Assembly (NCBI GenBank): GCA_044226015.1
Contig: JBGAHS010000004.1
Location: forward strand, 320,001 to 384,000
DNA: 64,000 nt
Reading direction: 5' to 3'
Source of the DNA: Candidatus Obscuribacteraceae bacterium
GTDB taxonomy: Bacteria > Cyanobacteriota > Vampirovibrionia > Obscuribacterales > Obscuribacteraceae
Shown: in pieces, positions 9,877-19,995 of the stretch
Layout of the letters: every line of letters starts with the position of its first letter
Position numbering within the stretch: position 1 is the stretch's first letter
The notes under the pieces: model-generated
What the model was told of the DNA's origin: nothing
Databases searched by the model: none
Seen by the model: only the letters and a program-made list of their open reading frames with translations
Program-made: the position numbers and the translations under genes

Positions 9877-10105
9877 ATGGTTCATTAGCGATATTTATGC
9901 TGATCGGAACTCCGGAAAGAACTCAGTGCAAGGAATACTGGAACGGATAACGTAGCGGCAATGCAGAACTCAGCGGTAATGCATAACGCAACTGCTCATG
10001 CCGAGGTCAGGGAAATGAACTACGACTTACAAAATCATTCTCCAGTAGACTAGAAACTGCAAGCTTGTTTTGCTACATTGAACGGACTTTTACTGCGGAG
10101 AGTTT

Positions 10106-10468
10106 ATGAGAAATATTAGCAGCGTACTCTTGAGCGCAATTTGTTTAATTGCGTCGATTTCACCTGCATCAGCTGACAATTTCGAAGCGTTTTATAGTAA
10201 GTTCAAATCGGCTGTCATAAAGCAAGATAAAGAAACCGTAGCTAATATGACTAAGTTGCCGTTTGACTACGATTCCGGCAAGTTGAATCGGGCAAAGTTT
10301 ATCGCGAAATTTTCACAGATTTTTCCGTCTTCGGTGCGCGGCAGTTTCGCTCGCGAGAAACCGATTAAAGACCAGTCAACGTATGAAGTTTTCTCCGGTG
10401 AATCGATTTACTGTTTTGAGTTAGTGAACGGTCATTACATGTTCACTGATATCGGGGTTAATGACTGA
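10106..10468 (+). CDS. secreted hypothetical protein
   Basis: GGAG RBS, signal peptide ending ASA, 120 aa. Confidence 0.75.
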   Translation: MRNISSVLLSAICLIASISPASADNFEAFYSKFKSAVIKQDKETVANMTKLPFDYDSGKLNRAKFIAKFSQIFPSSVRGSFAREKPIKDQSTYEVFSGESIYCFELVNGHYMFTDIGVND

Positions 10469-10472
10469 TTCG

Positions 10473-10940
10473 CTACTTCTTTGCGCTAGCTGATAGATTC
10501 GCTAAATCAAGATTTAGTGCTGTCGTTTTTCCTGCTGTCACCAATACTGGTGCCATCCAGAACTCACACTGCGAGTCAGTCTTTCTTCTTGCATAGATAG
10601 AGTAAAAACCCGGACTCAGATTGCTGAATTCATAGTTTCCCTCGCCATCAGATCTCGATGATTGAATCTTCTCGGATTGAATCTCGCTATCAAGCTTATC
10701 TATGGCTTCGGAGAGTTTATTGAAGTCCGATTCGCCTTTTGCCTGGGTTGCAGTTTCTCTTGAGGAAGCAGCTTCGGGGCAGAGGCTTAGCTCAGCATTG
10801 TCGATGGGGATTAATTTCAATGCTTCGTCTCGAAGATGAACCTGTCCTTTGATCGATCCGCTTGAATGCTGAACGCAAGAGCTGAGGATTGAACTCAAGA
10901 AAAAAACTACGCCCAGGCTAACTATTTTTCGCATCTGCAT
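10473..10940 (-). CDS. putative lipoprotein with carboxypeptidase-regulatory-like (Ig-like) domain
   Basis: Lipobox-like LSSC; SDGEGNYEFSNLSPGFYSIYA motif; start is more likely ATG 10940 or 10934 than TTG 10991. Confidence 0.7.
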   Translation of the reverse strand: MQMRKIVSLGVVFFLSSILSSCVQHSSGSIKGQVHLRDEALKLIPIDNAELSLCPEAASSRETATQAKGESDFNKLSEAIDKLDSEIQSEKIQSSRSDGEGNYEFSNLSPGFYSIYARRKTDSQCEFWMAPVLVTAGKTTALNLDLANLSASAKK

Positions 10941-11234
10941 CAAGGTGACTCTCTCCCAAACAAGCCTATTGTCCTTACACTTGTCCTGCAAAAATCAAAA
11001 AATTAGGAAGCCATAATTTACTGTAGACTGCACTCTTCCGCAGCTTCGAACTGTTGGTGTTGCTGTTGGACATGGGATGAGAATGATTTCGTGAAGATTT
11101 CATGCACGCCAAGAAATGCATACGTAGCGTTACGCTCGACTCAATATATACCGCTGTCTACAATGCCGTTAACAAAAATCACACGGATAAGCTTTTTACA
11201 GCTTCGGTATGGGTTGAACCAAGCCAGAAGAGCT

Positions 11235-11909
11235 TTATTCAGCCATCCAGAAAAAGACTATGGTCATTCGTTTGTCATTCATTTCAGCGCCAAAATAGTT
11301 TGTTGCAGAGTGGATCATTTCCGCCTTGTAAATTACCACTCGGTTGAACAGATTCTCAATCGCGATGTCCTCTTTCCACGCCTCGATTGGCAAATGCCTG
11401 ATGCCGAGAGCTTCGGCCAGGTTGGCGTTCGGAGCTGGGCAATAATTGCCTCCAAGTTTGCCATCAGGAAAACGAAATCTATAGAAAGAGGTGCCACCAT
11501 CTCTAGGGGCATCTGGTGTGAGGTATACAATTCCCGCATAACGGGCTAATAAATTTGAATCAGAATGTGGGCGCGGACCAGACTCATCTTTGCCCACGAG
11601 TTGCACATAGTTATGAGATAGGGAATCAACTCCGTCGAGTGTTTGCTGCCAGAGCCGCTTGGCTCCAGTTTTTTTCTTTACCCATTCCTCTAGCTTTTCC
11701 AATTCGTCTGGAAGCAAACCATTTGGACAACGCATTCCTGGCCAGTTTTCCTGGCGATATGGAGCACCTAAAACCCAATCTGTCCTTGATAAGCAACGCT
11801 CGCGAATCTCTTCCGCGTTATCAAACATGTGGTCTTTGAGGAAATAGTCGCGACTTAGTTTTGGTTTGCGATATGGAATATTGTTGATCTTAAGCATGTT
11901 CTGCTCCAA
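11235..11909 (-). CDS. 2OG-Fe(II) oxygenase-like protein (DUF6445-like)
   Basis: HxD motif PHSD, YAGIVYL, GGTSFY, distal His MIHSA, terminal R-x-T (RMT); start may be ATG 11897. Confidence 0.75.
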   Translation of the reverse strand: MEQNMLKINNIPYRKPKLSRDYFLKDHMFDNAEEIRERCLSRTDWVLGAPYRQENWPGMRCPNGLLPDELEKLEEWVKKKTGAKRLWQQTLDGVDSLSHNYVQLVGKDESGPRPHSDSNLLARYAGIVYLTPDAPRDGGTSFYRFRFPDGKLGGNYCPAPNANLAEALGIRHLPIEAWKEDIAIENLFNRVVIYKAEMIHSATNYFGAEMNDKRMTIVFFWMAE

Positions 11910-12118
11910 ACTCTCTGGACACTCGGCTGGCGAGCAGATTTTGAACTTGCTGATCTATTCAGCTAGAAGCCAGTGTAACGCAGCTTATACTCGAATTCAT
12001 CAGTGATTTAAAACACAAGCTGATCACATTGTTCGAAGACTCAGATGGAAGCTGGCTCTCCGAATTGAATGTGATCTTTAGTGTTTTGCGCTTTGTTATG
12101 AGATGCGTAACGGATCGA

Positions 12119-12257
12119 GGGCGCCGCCATCCTGGTGCCATCTGTGGATCTTCGAAGCCGGCTGGAAAACGTCGCTCCCAGGCGATTAGGAGGTGCAAGG
12201 ATATTGTGCTGGTGGCTCCCAGGATCTTTGAAGCCGGCAGTAAGCCGGCGCTCCCAG
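12119..12257. repeat. REP-like palindromic cluster downstream of thiolase
   Basis: GCGCCGCCATCCTGG at 12121; GAAGCCGGCtggaaaacgtCGCTCCCA and GAAGCCGGCagtaaGCCGGCGCTCCCA units. Confidence 0.7.
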
Positions 12258-12275
12258 CTAGCGCTCATCGGGGGG

Positions 12276-13454
12276 TCAGACCGTTTCCAATACCATGGCG
12301 ATGCCCATTCCGCCGCCGATGCAGAGGCTTACAAGTCCATACTTCGCCTTGCGACGTTGCATTTCTAGAGAGATACTCAAGAGGAGGCGTCCGCCTGTTG
12401 CGCCAAATGGGTGCCCTATCGCTATAGCGCCACCGTTTACGTTGACCTTAGCTCTGTCTAAATGCAGTTCGCGTTCGCATGCTAGATATTGCACGGCAAA
12501 AGCTTCGTTTATTTCGATGAGGTCCATCTGTTCGAGTTTGAGACCAGCTTTTGCCAATGCCTTCGGAATCGCTGTAACAGGTCCAATGCCCATGATTGCA
12601 GGCTCAACGCCTGACACTGCCCACGATACTACGCGGGTGAGCGGCTTTTGCCCGATCTTCTCAGCATTTTTTGCAGTAGTCACGATAAGCGCAGCGCCAC
12701 CATCAACGATACCGCATGCGTTGCCTGGTGAAACAGTTCCACCCTTCTTGAAGGCAGCGGGAAGCTTTGCAAGAGATTCCAACGTTGTAGCCGGGCGTGG
12801 ATGCTCGTCTTTGTCGACTACGGTAACTTTGCCTTTTCTATCGACAATTTCGATGCCTACGATTTCTTCCGCGAGTTTACCTGCGTCAATTGCAGCCTTT
12901 GTTAGAGTCTGGCTGCGCAGCGCGAATTCATCTTGATCTTCGCGCGAAATCTTGTAGCGACTTTGAATTTCTTCAGCCGTTTCCCCCATAGATTTGTCGC
13001 AAATTGTGTCACGAACATCGATGCCATCCCACATTTCCATGTGACCCATGCGCGCGCCCCAGCGGACACCCCAACTTATATATGGTGTCATGGACAGTGC
13101 ATCGCAACCTGCCGCGACAATAGTTTCGGCTTCGCCACTGTGAATCAGCTGTGCCGCCTGAACCACCGCCTGCACTCCAGAACCGCACAGCTGATTGATG
13201 ATGAGGCCTGGCGTGTCTGTTTTCATTCCTGTATTGATTCCAATGTGGCGACCCATATAAATGGAATCTTTGCTGGTCTGCAAAACATTTCCTACGACAA
13301 CGTAATCAACAGTCTCAGGGTCAACCTTGCCTCGTTCCAGTGCGCCCCGGGTTGCGGCGGTGGCGAGTTCAGTTGCAGTTTTGTTCGCCAGGCTGCCGCC
13401 ATATGCGCCAAATGCGGTTCTTGCGCCGGAAAGAATAACGATTTCTTCTGCCAT
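12276..13454 (-). CDS. acetyl-CoA C-acyltransferase (thiolase)
   Basis: NQLCGSG, NEAFA, GHPFGATG, SLCIGGG catalytic motifs. Confidence 0.95.
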   Translation of the reverse strand: MAEEIVILSGARTAFGAYGGSLANKTATELATAATRGALERGKVDPETVDYVVVGNVLQTSKDSIYMGRHIGINTGMKTDTPGLIINQLCGSGVQAVVQAAQLIHSGEAETIVAAGCDALSMTPYISWGVRWGARMGHMEMWDGIDVRDTICDKSMGETAEEIQSRYKISREDQDEFALRSQTLTKAAIDAGKLAEEIVGIEIVDRKGKVTVVDKDEHPRPATTLESLAKLPAAFKKGGTVSPGNACGIVDGGAALIVTTAKNAEKIGQKPLTRVVSWAVSGVEPAIMGIGPVTAIPKALAKAGLKLEQMDLIEINEAFAVQYLACERELHLDRAKVNVNGGAIAIGHPFGATGGRLLLSISLEMQRRKAKYGLVSLCIGGGMGIAMVLETV

Positions 13455-13764
13455 AAATGACCAGGCTGCCTCCAGATTGCTGTTGAAAACTATACATAGA
13501 TTGGATCTGTCGCTGCCATTTTAGAAGAAGCGAATACAGCAATGTATAGAGATGGCTTAAGTTGTGACAGAGTCGACCAGTTTCTCGGACGCCCAAGACT
13601 TAGATAATGTTTAGAAAAAGGGCAAAAAGCTGAGAATTCTTAGCGGCAACTAGTGTTCGCGGATTCAAATCTAAAACAAGTAGAAATGCATAAAGTTATG
13701 TAGCTCTCTGGGGTTAGAATTGCCCTGTCCTTGTATATAGATTTGGATTAAAGGAGCATGAGCC

Positions 13765-14868
13765 TTGGCTAAAGTTGGAGTTCCGAAAGAGATTCTCGAC
13801 AACGAATATAGAGTTGCATTGACAATCGCTGGTTGTAATGCGCTTGTTTCAGAGGGTCACCAGGTTTTTATTGAAACCAATGCCGGTAACGGAAGCGGCA
13901 TCAGCGATGAAGAGTTCAAAGCAGCAGGTGCCACCATTTTGAAAGATGCTAACAGCGTCTTCGAAACGGCTGACATGATTATGAAAGTTAAAGAGCCACA
14001 GGCTTCGGAAGTTCCGCTCCTGAGAAAGGGTCAAATTCTTTTCACCTACCTGCACCTTGCAGCTCACCCGAAACTGGCGATGGACCTCGCTAAGACAGGC
14101 GCTACCTGCATCGCGTACGAAACCGTTCAATACGATAATGGTCAGCTTCCATTGTTGACCCCGATGAGCGAAATCGCTGGACGTTTGGCTACCCAAATTG
14201 GTGCCAGCTACCTCGAGCGTCCAATGGGCGGTCGTGGCGTTCTTCTCGGCGGCGTTCCTGGTGTTGAACCAGGCGAAGTTATCATCATCGGTGGCGGTGT
14301 TGTTGGAACCAACGCAGCGAAGATCGCTGTTGGTCTCGGCGCTCGCGTAACATTGTTCGATCGCTCACTAGAGCGTCTTCGTTACCTCGATGATATTTTC
14401 GATGGCAAGATTCGCACAGTGTTCTCAATCGGACACCATCTCGATAACTTGTTGCCTTCAGCTGACCTCGTAATCGGTGCCGTATTGCTTCCAGGTAAGC
14501 AAGCTCCTCGTGTGGTCACCAGAGACATGGTGAAGAAGATGAAGAAGGGCTCTGTCATTGTTGACGTATCAGTCGACCAGGGCGGATGTATCGAAACCAT
14601 CCACTCGACCACACACTCTGCTCCTATATATGAAGTAGACGGCGTTGTTCACTACGGTGTTGCTAACATTCCAGGTGCAGTACCGTGGACATCAACCAGA
14701 GCACTCACAAACGCAACTTTGCCATTCGCGCTCAAACTCGCGAAGTTCGGCTACCAGGCAGTGCTTGATGATCCAGCACTCAATCGCGGCGTCAACATCC
14801 ACGAAGGACAAATAGTTCATCCTGGCGTGCTTGAAGCTTGCAACCAACAGATGGCTGCCGCTAAGTAG
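13765..14868 (+). CDS. ald: alanine dehydrogenase
   Basis: GVPKE, KVKEP, FTYLHLA, PMSEIAG, GGGVVG, DQGG, NIPGAVP motifs; AAGGAG RBS before TTG. Confidence 0.96.
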   Translation: MAKVGVPKEILDNEYRVALTIAGCNALVSEGHQVFIETNAGNGSGISDEEFKAAGATILKDANSVFETADMIMKVKEPQASEVPLLRKGQILFTYLHLAAHPKLAMDLAKTGATCIAYETVQYDNGQLPLLTPMSEIAGRLATQIGASYLERPMGGRGVLLGGVPGVEPGEVIIIGGGVVGTNAAKIAVGLGARVTLFDRSLERLRYLDDIFDGKIRTVFSIGHHLDNLLPSADLVIGAVLLPGKQAPRVVTRDMVKKMKKGSVIVDVSVDQGGCIETIHSTTHSAPIYEVDGVVHYGVANIPGAVPWTSTRALTNATLPFALKLAKFGYQAVLDDPALNRGVNIHEGQIVHPGVLEACNQQMAAAK

Positions 14869-14880
14869 GTCAAAAACCGC

Positions 14881-15660
14881 ATGAGCAAAAAAATCCGACT
14901 TGCGTGCTGGAACGTCAATGGAGTTCGTTCCATCGCAAAAAAAGGATTTTTTGAATGGATGCAAAAGTTCAATCCCGATTGCTTTTGCATCCAGGAAGCC
15001 AAAATACCAGATGATGTAATCCCGGAGGAAATTCGCAATCCTCCGGGATATTCTTCATATTTCAGCTGTGCGGAACGCAAGGGCTATAGCGGTGTAGCGA
15101 TTTACACGAAGAAGAAGCCCCTGAATGTGGTGCACGAAATGGGCATCAAGAAATTCGATTGCGAAGGGCGCTATGTGCGCTTAGATTTTGATGAGTTTTC
15201 GCTGCTGAGCATTTACTATCCGAATGGCAAAGCCAGCCCTGAAAGGCTCGCTTACAAGTTGGAATTTTACGAGGCATTCCTGAAGCACGCGCAGAAGTTG
15301 CGCAAAGAGGGACGCCGACTAGTAATTTGTGGTGACTTCAATACTGCGCATAAAGAGATTGACCTGGCCCGCCCCAAGGAAAACGTAGAAGTCTCAGGTT
15401 TTAGACCCGAAGAGCGAGCCTGGATGGATAAGTTCGTATCCAAAGGCTACGTGGATACTTTCCGGCATTTCCACGATGAGCCGCAATTTTACACCTGGTG
15501 GTCTTTGAGAACTGCGGCTAGACTAAGAAATGTGGGCTGGAGGATAGACTACTTTTTTGTGTCTGATGATTTGAGAGACAATTTGCACTCCGCTGCTATT
15601 CATTCAGATGTGATGGGCTCTGACCATTGCCCAATCAGCCTTGAGCTGAAATTCAAATGA
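14881..15660 (+). CDS. xth: exodeoxyribonuclease III / AP endonuclease
   Basis: WNVNG, QE, GDFN, WRIDY, SDHCP motifs. Confidence 0.95.
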   Translation: MSKKIRLACWNVNGVRSIAKKGFFEWMQKFNPDCFCIQEAKIPDDVIPEEIRNPPGYSSYFSCAERKGYSGVAIYTKKKPLNVVHEMGIKKFDCEGRYVRLDFDEFSLLSIYYPNGKASPERLAYKLEFYEAFLKHAQKLRKEGRRLVICGDFNTAHKEIDLARPKENVEVSGFRPEERAWMDKFVSKGYVDTFRHFHDEPQFYTWWSLRTAARLRNVGWRIDYFFVSDDLRDNLHSAAIHSDVMGSDHCPISLELKFK

Positions 15661-17627
15661 AGCTAAACCTCACACTGGCTCAGAAAGCTTTTGTGCTAGT
15701 GTGCGTGCCGCTGGTGTTTGAAATTGCATTCGTTGCTACATTGGCAAATCTTTTGCAGCAAGCTGAGCATGAGAGAGCGCAAGAGGCTCATGCTAAAGAC
15801 TTGCAGGCTCACGTCAGCACTATTCTTGGGTTGATCGTTAACGTTGGCGCAGGGGTGATCATTCAAGAATATGCTAAGTCCAAAAGGGTTCACGCGTTCA
15901 ATGTTGGGGTAATCGACAGAGCCAAAGACGAATTTGAGACGTTAAAGCGTATGGTTCGTGGCCGCCCTGATGAAGAGCAAGCAATTAAGCACATCGAAGC
16001 CATTCACGAGGAAATTCGTGAAACCATGAAGAAGGCTAAGCAAGACTCGAAAGACGACAATAAGCTTGGTATGGTGCAAGACTTCGCAAATTTGCGCTCT
16101 GAGATTACCCGCTTCAGCTCTGCCGTTGCTGAGTTGAGTGCACAACAGAAAGAAATTGAACGCAAGAAATCGCGTGCCCGAGTGCAAGCGCGCTCGCGAG
16201 TTACGTCAATATTGTTTATCGGTTTATTTTTCAATATCACTCTTGCGGTGGGACTGGCTCTCTATTTCAATAGAGGTACCGCTCGACGAATGATCATTCT
16301 GATGGATAACACGCGCAGATTAGCGACAAGGATGCCGTTGAATCCTCCGATTGAAGGTGCCGATGAAATCGCGCACATGGACAAGACCTTTAGAGAAATG
16401 GCAGATGCGTTAGAGATTGCAGCTCAAAAAGAAAGAGCGGTAATCGAAAATGCAAAGGACATTATTTGCACCATCGACCAGCAATTCGTGTTCATTAATG
16501 TTAACCCGGCGTCCGTGTCCGTTTGGGGATATCCGACCGGTGAGCTAATCGGTAAGAGTGTGGATCTTTTGCTTTCGGAAGAACAGCAAATAAAATTCCG
16601 CGAGGAAATGGAAAAAATTCGTGGAAGCGAAAAATCAGTCCCATTTGAAGGCGCAATAACAAGAAAGGATGAGTCAGAGATTGAGATGCTCTGGTCGGTT
16701 CACTGGTCGAAGAAGGAAGAAAGCTTCTTTTGTGTGGTTCACGACATTACTGAGCGCAAGCAAATCGAACGCATGAAACGCGAGTTCGTGGCGATGGTAA
16801 GCCATGATTTGCGTACACCGCTTACTTCTATACAAGGTTTTCTTTCACTGCTTGAGGCTGGTGCCTACGGTGAAGTAAATGACTCCGGGAAGCACAGTTT
16901 GACCATTGCGGACAATAGCATCAGCAGACTAATTAAGTTGATCAATGATTTGCTTGATGTTGAGCGCATCGAATCTGGCAAGCTTGAGCTGAATGTTCAG
17001 ACCGTTTTGCTTTCGGAAATCTTTGAGCAGTCTCTGAATTCAGTGCAGAACTTCGCGCTTGACCATGGCGTGAAATTGGTTTCTCTAATTGGGGGGAAGG
17101 CTGAGCTAAGTGCTGTTGCCGCTTTTGCAGCACCTGGGGATGCCGCCGTTAGCGATGATGCTGCGGCTCAAATCGATAATGCTGCTGCCTCTGCCGTCGT
17201 CGCAGCAGCTATCGAATCTTCCACCGAGATTGACGACGCCGATGATTACGCCGATGATGATGATGACGTTCTCCTCAAGGTCGATGGCGATAGAATTATT
17301 CAGGTTGTAATCAACCTGCTCTCAAATGCCGTCAAGTTCTCCCCTAAAGACTCCACCGTAACACTTTCTGGGTGCGAGCTTGAGAATCGGTTTGTGGAAA
17401 TTAAAATTGCAGACGAGGGGCGAGGAATTCCCGCGGAATTTGTCGATAGTGTCTTTGAGAGGTTTAAGCAGGTCAAGAAAACCGATGCGAAAAACAAGAA
17501 AGGTACTGGGCTCGGATTGGCTATATGCAAAGCAATTGTCGAGAAGCACGGGGGGCAAATTGGCGTCACCAGTGTCGAAGGAAAAGGCAGTACTTTTTGG
17601 TTTCGCATCCCGAAAGAGTTATCATAG
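15657..17627 (+). CDS. membrane HAMP-PAS sensor histidine kinase
   Basis: Two TMs, HAMP, PAS, SHDLRTPL, NLLSNAVKF, GTGLGL; ATGA overlap with the xth stop. Confidence 0.92.
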   Translation: MKLNLTLAQKAFVLVCVPLVFEIAFVATLANLLQQAEHERAQEAHAKDLQAHVSTILGLIVNVGAGVIIQEYAKSKRVHAFNVGVIDRAKDEFETLKRMVRGRPDEEQAIKHIEAIHEEIRETMKKAKQDSKDDNKLGMVQDFANLRSEITRFSSAVAELSAQQKEIERKKSRARVQARSRVTSILFIGLFFNITLAVGLALYFNRGTARRMIILMDNTRRLATRMPLNPPIEGADEIAHMDKTFREMADALEIAAQKERAVIENAKDIICTIDQQFVFINVNPASVSVWGYPTGELIGKSVDLLLSEEQQIKFREEMEKIRGSEKSVPFEGAITRKDESEIEMLWSVHWSKKEESFFCVVHDITERKQIERMKREFVAMVSHDLRTPLTSIQGFLSLLEAGAYGEVNDSGKHSLTIADNSISRLIKLINDLLDVERIESGKLELNVQTVLLSEIFEQSLNSVQNFALDHGVKLVSLIGGKAELSAVAAFAAPGDAAVSDDAAAQIDNAAASAVVAAAIESSTEIDDADDYADDDDDVLLKVDGDRIIQVVINLLSNAVKFSPKDSTVTLSGCELENRFVEIKIADEGRGIPAEFVDSVFERFKQVKKTDAKNKKGTGLGLAICKAIVEKHGGQIGVTSVEGKGSTFWFRIPKELS

Positions 17628-17694
17628 TGGTCTACAATTGCCCTTTAATTGCTAAGAGGGACTTGTCGGGGCTGACTGGTTTGGAGTTTGGTGA

Positions 17695-18372
17695 ATGCCG
17701 AAAATCCTGGTGATAGAAGACGATTCGGGACTCAACCGCATGATTCGAGAGTGGTTGGTTTTCGAGCGAAATGATGTCGATTATGCCGAAAATGGTCGCG
17801 AAGGTCTTGAAAAGCTGCAGTGCTATGAGTACGACTGCGTCATTCTCGACTGGGAATTGCCCGAGATGAATGGAATCGAGGTTCTGCAGAAGTTTAGATC
17901 TCAAGGTAAGCCCACTCCTGTTTTGATGCTTACCGGGAAATCAACCATCGGTGACAAAGAACAAGGTTTTGATTCTGGGGCTGACGATTATCTGGTCAAG
18001 CCGTTTCATATGAAGGAACTATCTGCGAGACTTCGAGCGCTGATGAGACGAACACAAATAAATGTTAGCCAGGTGGTCGAAGCAAAGGGAATCCGTCTAG
18101 ATTCGGGCAGTTTTCGTGTCAAGCGCGGAGAAGAGGACATTCAGCTTTTGCCGAAGGAGTTTGCACTTCTAGAATTTTTGATGCGGCATGCTGACCAGGT
18201 TTTCTCGGCTGAGACGCTATTGAATCGGGTCTGGTCGTCAGATTCTGATGCCACCATCGATGCTATCACCACTTGCATCAAGAGAATACGTAAAAAGTTG
18301 GACAAAGAAGGGCAACCTTCAGTAATCAAAACAGTTCATGGCGTTGGATATAAATTTGACCCAACGAAATAA
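17695..18372 (+). CDS. OmpR-family response regulator
   Basis: IEDD, LDWELP, GADDYLVKPF, HGVGY. Confidence 0.93.
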   Translation: MPKILVIEDDSGLNRMIREWLVFERNDVDYAENGREGLEKLQCYEYDCVILDWELPEMNGIEVLQKFRSQGKPTPVLMLTGKSTIGDKEQGFDSGADDYLVKPFHMKELSARLRALMRRTQINVSQVVEAKGIRLDSGSFRVKRGEEDIQLLPKEFALLEFLMRHADQVFSAETLLNRVWSSDSDATIDAITTCIKRIRKKLDKEGQPSVIKTVHGVGYKFDPTK

Positions 18373-18389
18373 GTTCAAGACAGGCAAGG

Positions 18390-19973
18390 ATGCAAGAGGC
18401 GGAAAAAACATCAGCGCGAGATAAAGAAATTGAGTTACTGCGTGCAGAACTCGAGAAAGAACGCGCGTTGAGAGCTGCTGCAGAGCTTCAGCTAAAAGAT
18501 GAGAGAAAGCGCTTTGATGACATTCTTGACGCCCTGCCAGCTTTCATCTTCATCAAAGACGACAAGAATAACGTAATCTATATCAACCAGATGGCAGCCG
18601 AGGGGCGTGGATTAGAGCGCGCCGAGATGGAAGGAAAATCATGCTACGAGCTTTATCCCGACGATGGCTCGAAGTACTTTGAGGACGATCAGGAGGTGCT
18701 TCTAACTGGTGCTCCGAAGACGGGCATCATTGAGCAAATTCTGAGCCGTTCTGGTGAAAAGCGCTGGGTGAGTACATCTAAGATGCCCTGGCAAGATAGC
18801 CAATCTGGGCGACGCGGAGTTCTTGTTGTTGCATTTGATATTACCGATATTGTACGCCAGCAAGACCAGCGTGAGTCTTTAATGGCTGCCGTAGCCAAAG
18901 CACTGGAACTCAGTGAAGAGAGATATTACCTTGCTATTCGCGGCTCTAATGATGGTGTGTGGGATTGGAATCTTCGCACTAATGAAGTTTTTTATTCACC
19001 TCGCTACAAGGAATCGCTTGGTTATAGAGATGACGAGTTTCCAAATGTCTTTGACTCATTCCGAAATAACTTGCATCCTGATGACTCAGCGTTAGTAATG
19101 GAACGTGTTCGTGCGCACCTCGAGGACAAGGTTCCTTACGAAGCTGAATTCCGAATGCGGCACAAAAATGGAGAATGGAACTGGTTTTCGGCTCGTGGGC
19201 AAGCCATTTGGGATAAGGATGGTGTGCCTTATCGAATGGCTGGTAGCCAGCGTGACATCACAGATAGGAAGCAAGTCGAGCAAAACGTCAATGAGTTCTT
19301 CTCGACAGTGTCGCACGAATTGCGGACGCCACTATCGGCGGTGAAGGGATCGTTGCGGCTCATTGAAGGCGGTCTTGCAGGGCAAATTTCTAACGAGTCT
19401 CGTGAGTTGCTCGACATAGCACTCTCAAGCTGTGAGCGCTTGATTCGTCTGGTTAACGACATTCTTGATTTGCGAAAAATCGAAGCCGGAAAATTGGAGC
19501 TGCAGATTAATAAAGAATGTGCTGGTGACTTGATTGATAAAGTGCTTTCAGAGCTGCTCTCTTATGCGGATGCTCATGGTGTGACACTTTCGAAAAGCTG
19601 TGCAGATAATCTGATGCTCGAAGTAGATCATGATCGTGTCGTGCAGGTTTTGACGAACCTGGTCGGTAACGCAATTAAGTTTTCCGGCAGTGGTGCGCAG
19701 GTAATGGTTCGGGTTGAGCAGCTTCGTCCCGAGTCAATTCGTTTTGCAGTCATAGACTCTGGTCCTGGCATTCCTGAAGACCAGCATCACTTGCTTTTCA
19801 TGAAATTCAAGCAACTTGATGCTTCCGATTCTCGCCGTCAAGATGGTACAGGGCTAGGCCTTGCGATTTGCAAAGCTATAACGCTGCAACACCACGGCTC
19901 TATTGGAGTGAATAGCCGCCAGGGGGAAGGCTGTGAATTCTGGTTTGAACTGCCAGTGAAGTTCAGCAAATAA
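18390..19973 (+). CDS. cytoplasmic PAS-PAS histidine kinase
   Basis: No TM; two PAS domains (DGVWDWN...LHPDD); SHELRTPL; GTGLGL. Confidence 0.92.
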   Translation: MQEAEKTSARDKEIELLRAELEKERALRAAAELQLKDERKRFDDILDALPAFIFIKDDKNNVIYINQMAAEGRGLERAEMEGKSCYELYPDDGSKYFEDDQEVLLTGAPKTGIIEQILSRSGEKRWVSTSKMPWQDSQSGRRGVLVVAFDITDIVRQQDQRESLMAAVAKALELSEERYYLAIRGSNDGVWDWNLRTNEVFYSPRYKESLGYRDDEFPNVFDSFRNNLHPDDSALVMERVRAHLEDKVPYEAEFRMRHKNGEWNWFSARGQAIWDKDGVPYRMAGSQRDITDRKQVEQNVNEFFSTVSHELRTPLSAVKGSLRLIEGGLAGQISNESRELLDIALSSCERLIRLVNDILDLRKIEAGKLELQINKECAGDLIDKVLSELLSYADAHGVTLSKSCADNLMLEVDHDRVVQVLTNLVGNAIKFSGSGAQVMVRVEQLRPESIRFAVIDSGPGIPEDQHHLLFMKFKQLDASDSRRQDGTGLGLAICKAITLQHHGSIGVNSRQGEGCEFWFELPVKFSK

Positions 19974-19995
19974 CTGAACTTCGTTTTGTGAAGAG

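Noticed and set aside
12029..13460. Plus-strand ORFs 12029-12427, 12295-12936 and 12933-13460
   Set aside because: Antisense shadows of thiolase or REP-containing spacer, with no recognisable domains
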